DNA from: Candidatus Bathyarchaeota archaeon
GTDB taxonomy: Archaea > Thermoproteota > Bathyarchaeia > Bathyarchaeales > Bathycorpusculaceae
Reading direction: 5' to 3'
NCBI GenBank assembly: GCA_963827165.1
Contig: CAWGZR010000005.1
Coordinates: 640,001 to 704,000 of the forward strand
Length of the DNA stretch: 64,000 nt
In this document: positions 58,011-64,000 of the stretch, one piece after another
How positions within the stretch are numbered: the stretch's first letter is position 1
Layout: each line of letters begins with the position of its first letter
Translations under genes and position numbers: made by a program
Notes under the pieces: generated by a model
What the model saw: the letters and a program-made list of their open reading frames with translations, nothing else
Databases searched by the model: none
Told to the model about the DNA's origin: nothing

Positions 58011-60320
58011 ATGTTCAAGGTAAGCCGAAAATATGTGCTACTGATGTTAATTTTCGTTTTCTCCTTCATTTACCGCGTTGCTTTGATGTTTTGGCAAAGC
58101 TTTCCACCGGGCGCTGACATTGGCTTACATGCCAGTGTGATCAACTCAATAACTGGATCCGGCAACACTAATTTCTTATATGATTATTTCCAGATGGGCG
58201 GAGGCCAATCCTTGACCTTCCCGGGATACCATATCTTTGCTTCTTCCATAATGCTCATGACCGGGTTAACCGATTATGTGGCGCAGGCATTAGTTGTAGC
58301 ATTATTTTCATCGTTTATTGTCTTAGCTGCTTTCTTGGTAACTAGAACTGTCTGGTCAGAATCAGCAGGATTTATCGTTGCCTTCTTAGTTGCAGTTTCT
58401 CGTTTTGACATTGAAATGCTCATGTGGGCTGGGTACCCAAACGTAGTAACTCTGTTTTTGATCCCTGTGACCTTCTATCTCTTTCTCCGAAGAGAAAGAT
58501 TCTCACTGACGCCGTTTGCTGTTTCAGGTTCGGTTTTGGTCGGATCAATATTTCTGACTCACTCGTTAAGCGCCGTCGTTTTTCTAGGTATAACTGCCTC
58601 GACCGCGCTTTTTGGTGTTATAGCTCCCCAAACGTTCGGAACGACAAGGAAAACTGTTCTAAGCTGGGTAATTCCACTGTTTGGAGGTGCACTTCTTGTT
58701 TCACCATTTCTCGCAACTGCTGTTCCTGCTTACTTGAGTGCTAACTCGTCTTTCTCCGGTGTAAACATTATCAATCAAGCGATAATTTCGACAAGAGTGC
58801 TTCCAATGGTTGAAGTATTAGCGCTCTTTGCCTGTCTTTTACCCCTCCTTCTACTATCCAAAAAATATAAGCGCCGATTCATTTCGCTTCCAACTTTTTT
58901 GATAATCATGTGGCTTTTCGTTCCATTAATTCTCACGCAGGGCTATTTGTTCGGGCTCATAGTTGACTACAATCGTTTCCTCTACTTCTTGGTCTTGCCC
59001 GTGATCATACTTTTCGCTATGATGATTGACCACGGTTCATCATATTTCGCACACCTAACGGTCACGTATCAAACTTTGACAAGTCAAATGCCGAAGACAA
59101 CCAAAGCTGCAAGCAAATGGGCAAAGCGAATATCCCATGGTTTAACTCGCAAGAGAGTTTACTCCGTCTTTGCGTTAGGCTTCATACTTATCTTTCTTGT
59201 GTCACTTCCGATCTTTCTCACTCCCTGGCAGGGAGTCACCATTCAAACCTTCTATCAAACTATGAATAAACCTGGCTACCAAGCAATTCAATGGGCAGAA
59301 CAAAACACCGCACCCGGATCTGTGTTTGTTTCTGACGCTCTATACGGATGGTGGCTTGGCGGCTTCGCGCAGAGACCAACATTAAGCGCAGTCCCACCTC
59401 AATATTTAACGGTTGACAGCGAGTTGGCGCCAGCAACTTTTGCCTCTAACCTGCTTGACACTGATTACATGATTGATAATGGTTACATTCAAGTTCGAGA
59501 AGACGGCGGGTACATAGGTAGACACAATCCGGAATTTCTGGCTGATCTCAACTGGACACCTTTCCCCGTGCCCTTCTTCCAGTTCAACGACAGCGAAATT
59601 ACTTTGCTCTCACAGAATGGAAGCTCTTTGCAGTCTACCGACGTAACGGACATGTCAGTACTCAACATGCAACTGGCCAACGGTGAAAGTCAAAACCCGT
59701 CTATTGTCGTTAACAAAGTGAGCAGCGACTTCAGTTACTCGGAAATTCTAACGGTTTCTCGCGGTATGACCTTCGCGAACATGACCATAGTACTCCAAAG
59801 CATTAGCAAGAACGTTTCTTTAGATTGGATCAACTTCATATTGAATGCACAAGGCCAATTTCTGCAACCATCCAACAATACAATTGCAATGTTAGATTCT
59901 GGCTTGAAAACGGTTGGTCAACTTGTTTTTGAAGGAAATCAACCGCAGGTGACGACGTTTAATTCGCAAAATCCCTGCGTCACTCAGCTTTCATACAACT
60001 TGAAAGGCAAATCATCCGCAGAAATACAGATATTCGTAGGTATCTATCCAGTTGGGGCAAGTGAGTTATCGAGCTCCGCGAGCTTGAACCAAGAATTAAT
60101 CGAAAACGCTCAAGACATGCAAAAACCCGCTGCTGGTTTGCCCATAACCACCTTTGATTATGGTATGGCGTTGCAGGCGAATTCGGTTTCTTATGTTGCA
60201 AATCGTGATTTTGGGGTGAACGCGAAATTTGCTGCTGATCCTGAATTTAGCTTGGTATTTATTAACAATGAAGTTGCCATCTTTAAAGTCAGGGCGAACA
60301 TCAATCAGAATGGAGGATAA
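58011..60320 (+). CDS. GT-C-like polytopic membrane protein with extracellular C-terminal domain
   Basis: GADIGLH after TM1, FPGYH, many TM helices, RFLYF, QAIQWAEQNT..FVSD..GWW. Confidence 0.7.
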   Translation: MFKVSRKYVLLMLIFVFSFIYRVALMFWQSFPPGADIGLHASVINSITGSGNTNFLYDYFQMGGGQSLTFPGYHIFASSIMLMTGLTDYVAQALVVALFSSFIVLAAFLVTRTVWSESAGFIVAFLVAVSRFDIEMLMWAGYPNVVTLFLIPVTFYLFLRRERFSLTPFAVSGSVLVGSIFLTHSLSAVVFLGITASTALFGVIAPQTFGTTRKTVLSWVIPLFGGALLVSPFLATAVPAYLSANSSFSGVNIINQAIISTRVLPMVEVLALFACLLPLLLLSKKYKRRFISLPTFLIIMWLFVPLILTQGYLFGLIVDYNRFLYFLVLPVIILFAMMIDHGSSYFAHLTVTYQTLTSQMPKTTKAASKWAKRISHGLTRKRVYSVFALGFILIFLVSLPIFLTPWQGVTIQTFYQTMNKPGYQAIQWAEQNTAPGSVFVSDALYGWWLGGFAQRPTLSAVPPQYLTVDSELAPATFASNLLDTDYMIDNGYIQVREDGGYIGRHNPEFLADLNWTPFPVPFFQFNDSEITLLSQNGSSLQSTDVTDMSVLNMQLANGESQNPSIVVNKVSSDFSYSEILTVSRGMTFANMTIVLQSISKNVSLDWINFILNAQGQFLQPSNNTIAMLDSGLKTVGQLVFEGNQPQVTTFNSQNPCVTQLSYNLKGKSSAEIQIFVGIYPVGASELSSSASLNQELIENAQDMQKPAAGLPITTFDYGMALQANSVSYVANRDFGVNAKFAADPEFSLVFINNEVAIFKVRANINQNGG

Positions 60321-60328
60321 CTGGCTTC

Positions 60329-62743
60329 TTGATGGGTAAATTGTCAAGAGAGAGACAGCTTGAAGTTGCCTTCATAACGATATTCTCTGTGCTGGTTTTA
60401 CTTATCTTCTACACAGTTGTTTCCATGAACGGTGTGGTGCTTGGAAATGATCCAGCTGTTCACTTGGTTAAAGCACAAATCTTCCTACAAACGGGTAAAA
60501 TACCCTTAGAAAACTTGGGTTGGACGCCCCCTCTTTACGAGCTTTTGCTTTCGATGCTTATTTCTTTCAGCGGCGCAACTGGCATTGGGCAGATGATTTT
60601 TTTAGTGAAAGCTCTCGCCGCAGTGGTTGATTGGCTGCTTTTTATGGCTGTTTATTTAATGGCTAGCAAGTTTTTTGGTAAGAAAGTTGGTGCTGTAAGT
60701 GCTGTTTTGTTGCTGATGTGTTTTCCTGTGTTTGAGGCTAACCAGTTTGGCGGCTACACCACGGTGCTTGGCATAGCGTTCATTCTTTTTGTGCTTCTAT
60801 ATTTGACAAAGGCGGTAGGGGAGTTTGGCTACTTGGTGGTTACTTTTCTTGCTGCTTTTGCTCTTGTTTTGTCTCATCAGCTCGCCGCTTTTCTTGCGGC
60901 TTTTATGCTGCCTCCGATTCTGATTTACATGGTAATAAAGTCTAGAGGTGCTTCCCTCAAAGTTGTGTTAGCCTTGATTGTGGGAGGCGGAATAGCCTTT
61001 CTGTATTATTTCAAAGCCATGTTCGGCTACATTGGGCTTGTTATTGAATACGTGTTTTTTGCGGTGAAAACTTACGCTTTCCAAATTCCTTCCGTCAGCT
61101 TTCACGCGTTCATTGTCAATTTCGGCTTCATTTTCTTTCTTGCTTTAGGCGGTATAGGCATTTCGTACTTTGTCCTAAGAAAAGAGAAAAAGGGTTTCTC
61201 ATACGCAATATTGATGATAAGTTTCCTTGTTCCCCTATTCTTCGCGGAGTCTTATCTTTTTGGTTTCTTCATGCCTTTCCAATGGTTCATCTATTATTTG
61301 ACGCCTGCAATGGCGATCTTCGCTGGAGTTTCTGTGGTGTTTCTTCAAGAGAATTTTCTTTTGTTTTACCTGAAGAAAAGAATGAACGCGCCGATTCGTC
61401 TTGGTCCTCTTGAATCAAATACGACGGGAATTAACGGCAATAAAAAGGCCAACAAAGGCTTTTCAGCCAAGTTTGTGAAGGCTTTTAGACAACGCTTGCT
61501 TGGTCCATTTCGCAGGAACTGGTTAAAGATACTTACCGCTTCCTTAATCGTGCTGGTGTGCCTGGTGCTTGTTTTTCGTTCTGATGTTGTCTACGGTAAA
61601 ATGTTGGAGGCCAGCGTTTTTTACTCCACAACCGACGTGAAAGCACTTGACGCAGGCATTTGGCTTCAACAAAACTATCCAAATAACGTTACAGTTGTGG
61701 ACACTGACGTGCCCGGTTTTTGGTTTTCAGCGTTTTCCGGCAAGAACGTTATTGCTCAAACTTCAGCAACAGTGGAGACAAATGATGTTGCGTCGTCAGT
61801 GCTGAGCCTATCATATGATATACAGGATCCTCAAAACCTATTTCGAGCTTACGAAGCATATGGGAACACTTTCTTGGAAACTTATATTTCAATCGATGGA
61901 GTTTGGGATCGAGTCATATCTTCTTCCACCTCGGGAGATTTTATCTCTTTCACTCAAAACGGCAAAAACTACGATTTTTCTTTTTCCAATTTAACAAGGG
62001 ACATTTACTTTGACCAGCAAATTAATCCTACGCAGTTAGCGATTCAGTTTTCCAACGAATATGTAATGTTAACTGAAACGATGATTGTTCAAAACTACAC
62101 TTACCCAGCCAACATTTCTTGGACTGTGACTCCACTAAACGGTGACATTTCAAACGTAACACTATACCTGACCAATTACTTTGATTTACATTTCGACAAA
62201 GCGCAAATCCCTCAAATCATGAATTGGGTTAACCCTTGGAATGTAACTTCGAATACAACTGACGGTAATCTTTGGGCTGTTGTTAATTTGCCAAATGCAA
62301 CATCTGACAGCTACGTTGGTGTTTATGATGACCAAGATCAAGTTGCTTGTGCATTCAACTTCACGGATCGACCCGACTGGGGAAACATTGGCGCATTGGG
62401 CAACGGACAAATCGACGCGATAAGATTTCAATATCAGTTTAGCGAAGTCAACAATGACCAGATGGTTCAGCGGCAGTACCAAATTCTCTGCCTTTCAAAG
62501 AGCAATTTTACTGCGTTGGAACCGACCAATCTTGAAAGCCTCCTGGACTTCAAATCTAACCCCTTCAATGTCTACACAAGAAGTTACAAAGATTACATAG
62601 CCCAGAATAACATTGATTTCATAGTTTACGACAAAAATCAACTAGACCCTAACATAATCCATTTGAAATTCCTGCAGCAAATCTACTCAAACAATCGATA
62701 TGTAATTTTCAAAATAATAAGCAACTACAACCAAACCCAATGA
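60329..62743 (+). CDS. GT-C-like polytopic membrane protein, paralog of the upstream gene
   Basis: GNDPAVH, WTPPLY, many TM helices, DAGIWLQQN..VVDT..GFW. Confidence 0.7.
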   Translation: MMGKLSRERQLEVAFITIFSVLVLLIFYTVVSMNGVVLGNDPAVHLVKAQIFLQTGKIPLENLGWTPPLYELLLSMLISFSGATGIGQMIFLVKALAAVVDWLLFMAVYLMASKFFGKKVGAVSAVLLLMCFPVFEANQFGGYTTVLGIAFILFVLLYLTKAVGEFGYLVVTFLAAFALVLSHQLAAFLAAFMLPPILIYMVIKSRGASLKVVLALIVGGGIAFLYYFKAMFGYIGLVIEYVFFAVKTYAFQIPSVSFHAFIVNFGFIFFLALGGIGISYFVLRKEKKGFSYAILMISFLVPLFFAESYLFGFFMPFQWFIYYLTPAMAIFAGVSVVFLQENFLLFYLKKRMNAPIRLGPLESNTTGINGNKKANKGFSAKFVKAFRQRLLGPFRRNWLKILTASLIVLVCLVLVFRSDVVYGKMLEASVFYSTTDVKALDAGIWLQQNYPNNVTVVDTDVPGFWFSAFSGKNVIAQTSATVETNDVASSVLSLSYDIQDPQNLFRAYEAYGNTFLETYISIDGVWDRVISSSTSGDFISFTQNGKNYDFSFSNLTRDIYFDQQINPTQLAIQFSNEYVMLTETMIVQNYTYPANISWTVTPLNGDISNVTLYLTNYFDLHFDKAQIPQIMNWVNPWNVTSNTTDGNLWAVVNLPNATSDSYVGVYDDQDQVACAFNFTDRPDWGNIGALGNGQIDAIRFQYQFSEVNNDQMVQRQYQILCLSKSNFTALEPTNLESLLDFKSNPFNVYTRSYKDYIAQNNIDFIVYDKNQLDPNIIHLKFLQQIYSNNRYVIFKIISNYNQTQ

Positions 62744-62923
62744 CACAACCGTTTTAGCTTTGAGTACCATCAGCTTCTGGAGAATTGATTTCGATTTTCA
62801 CCGGATAGCAGTCAAAAAGAACTCTGTTCATAGGGAAGAAAGAATTGGCAGAAAAATTAATTGAAATTTATTGACATTTGTTGATGGATTTCAAGGAATA
62901 AAAAAGGAACTGAGGAAAAAAAT

Positions 62924-64000
62924 TTACTGCTTTTTAAAGTAGTTAGGGTCTTCGCGCAGAACTTTCGGTATGTAGTTACAGGCTGGGTCTGATTCGAATA
63001 GGTCGCCAGTGTAATATTCTGCTCTTGTCCTGCATCCACCGCAGATTTCTCGGTATTCGCAGACTCCGCATCTTCCTTTGATGTTGCTTTTGTCGCGTAG
63101 TTTGAGATGTAGTTCGCTTTTCTGCAGGTCATCCCAAACCTTGGTCAATTTCTTGTCTTTGACGTTGCCTAAACGGTAGCCTTCGTGGAATCCGCAACTT
63201 CGGTAATCGCCGTTTTCTGTTATGCCAACGTAGTTGCCTCCAATAGTGCATCTGCCAAGATAGCCTTCGTGGTACCAGTCCCAGAAGTCAACTGGGTTTT
63301 TCTGGCGAACGATTCTGGCGTAGAAAGGCGAGTAAACGTTGACTTTGACCTTGCCGTATAGTTTCCGCTGGATATCATAGATTTCGTCGAAAGCTTCCTC
63401 GTATTGTTCCGGTGTGGGCGCTAAGTCGGGCATATTGCTTCCTGCTCTGCCAACTGGAACGAGATTGTGGTAGACTACCATGCGGGCTTTGTATTCCTCT
63501 GCGAGTGCTGCAGGGTGCGCCATGTGTTTAATGTTGTATTTAGTCATGGTTGTGACTATGCAGTCGAGCAATCCGACCTCAGACAGTTTTTCCATTGCGT
63601 GCAATGCTTTATCATAGCTGCCTTTGCGTCGAATTATTTCGTTTGATTCCTTATTTCCATCTAGGCTAATCGCTGTGTGGACGTTGTATTTTCTTAGCTT
63701 GTCAAATCTTTCCTCATCCCACGCGAAACCGCTAGTTATTAGGCTAACTTTCATGTCGTATTTTTCTTCAGCATAAGCGATAATGTCAAAGATGTCTTTT
63801 CGAACCAATGGTTCTCCGCCGCTGATGCCAAACCACGGTGCCCCAAAATCGTGAATTTCGTCAACCATTTTTTTGGCGCCTTTAGTGTCAAGTTCAGTGT
63901 CAGCAGCATAGTCCTTAGTGTAGCTGCAGTACATGCAGTTGCCGACACAGTTCCTTGTACATCGCCAAACCACCATGAATAGTGGTGACTTATTTGAAGC
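62924..64000 (-). CDS. Radical SAM/SPASM protein (AhbC/AhbD/NirJ-like), possibly 5'-truncated by the window edge
   Basis: CVGNCMYC, SGGEPL, SPASM C..G..SC..CGVCEYREICGGCR..DP.C; the frame stays open to base 64000. Confidence 0.85.
   Translation of the reverse strand, partial: ASNKSPLFMVVWRCTRNCVGNCMYCSYTKDYAADTELDTKGAKKMVDEIHDFGAPWFGISGGEPLVRKDIFDIIAYAEEKYDMKVSLITSGFAWDEERFDKLRKYNVHTAISLDGNKESNEIIRRKGSYDKALHAMEKLSEVGLLDCIVTTMTKYNIKHMAHPAALAEEYKARMVVYHNLVPVGRAGSNMPDLAPTPEQYEEAFDEIYDIQRKLYGKVKVNVYSPFYARIVRQKNPVDFWDWYHEGYLGRCTIGGNYVGITENGDYRSCGFHEGYRLGNVKDKKLTKVWDDLQKSELHLKLRDKSNIKGRCGVCEYREICGGCRTRAEYYTGDLFESDPACNYIPKVLREDPNYFKKQ

Overview
Archaeal genomic DNA, most consistent with Bathyarchaeia; this is inferred from the AbrB-PhoU regulator, GPN-loop GTPase, MtrH-like and corrinoid proteins, and archaeal-style sorting signals. 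Bases ~900-33,830 form one large locus containing the phosphate-uptake genes pstC, pstA, pstS, phoU and pstB. These are interleaved with about 14 secreted or surface proteins carrying 8 dockerin-like modules and 8 cohesin-like modules in two sequence classes. PstS itself ends in a dockerin, and other dockerin cargoes include a Cys-Gln thioester-type adhesin and a 14-repeat Ig-like protein. Two cohesin proteins have C-terminal membrane anchors, one protein has both cohesins and a dockerin, and no glycoside hydrolase is present. This looks like a cellulosome-style modular surface scaffold devoted to phosphate capture and adhesion, with a recurring CTATATAG palindrome upstream of several genes. 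The rest of the window holds a transposase at the left edge, a small toxin-antitoxin islet with a decayed tRNA-Gly, and a family of non-coding modules with 10-bp-periodic tandem arrays. It also holds a bacterial-type metK, an acetate module (SatP, Acs, Pat-like), a corrinoid/methyltransferase cluster, two GT-C-like membrane proteins and a SPASM radical SAM gene. Several genes, especially at 9.5-12.5 kb, are broken by indels that may be sequencing errors. All domain calls are by eye from motifs; no database searches were run.
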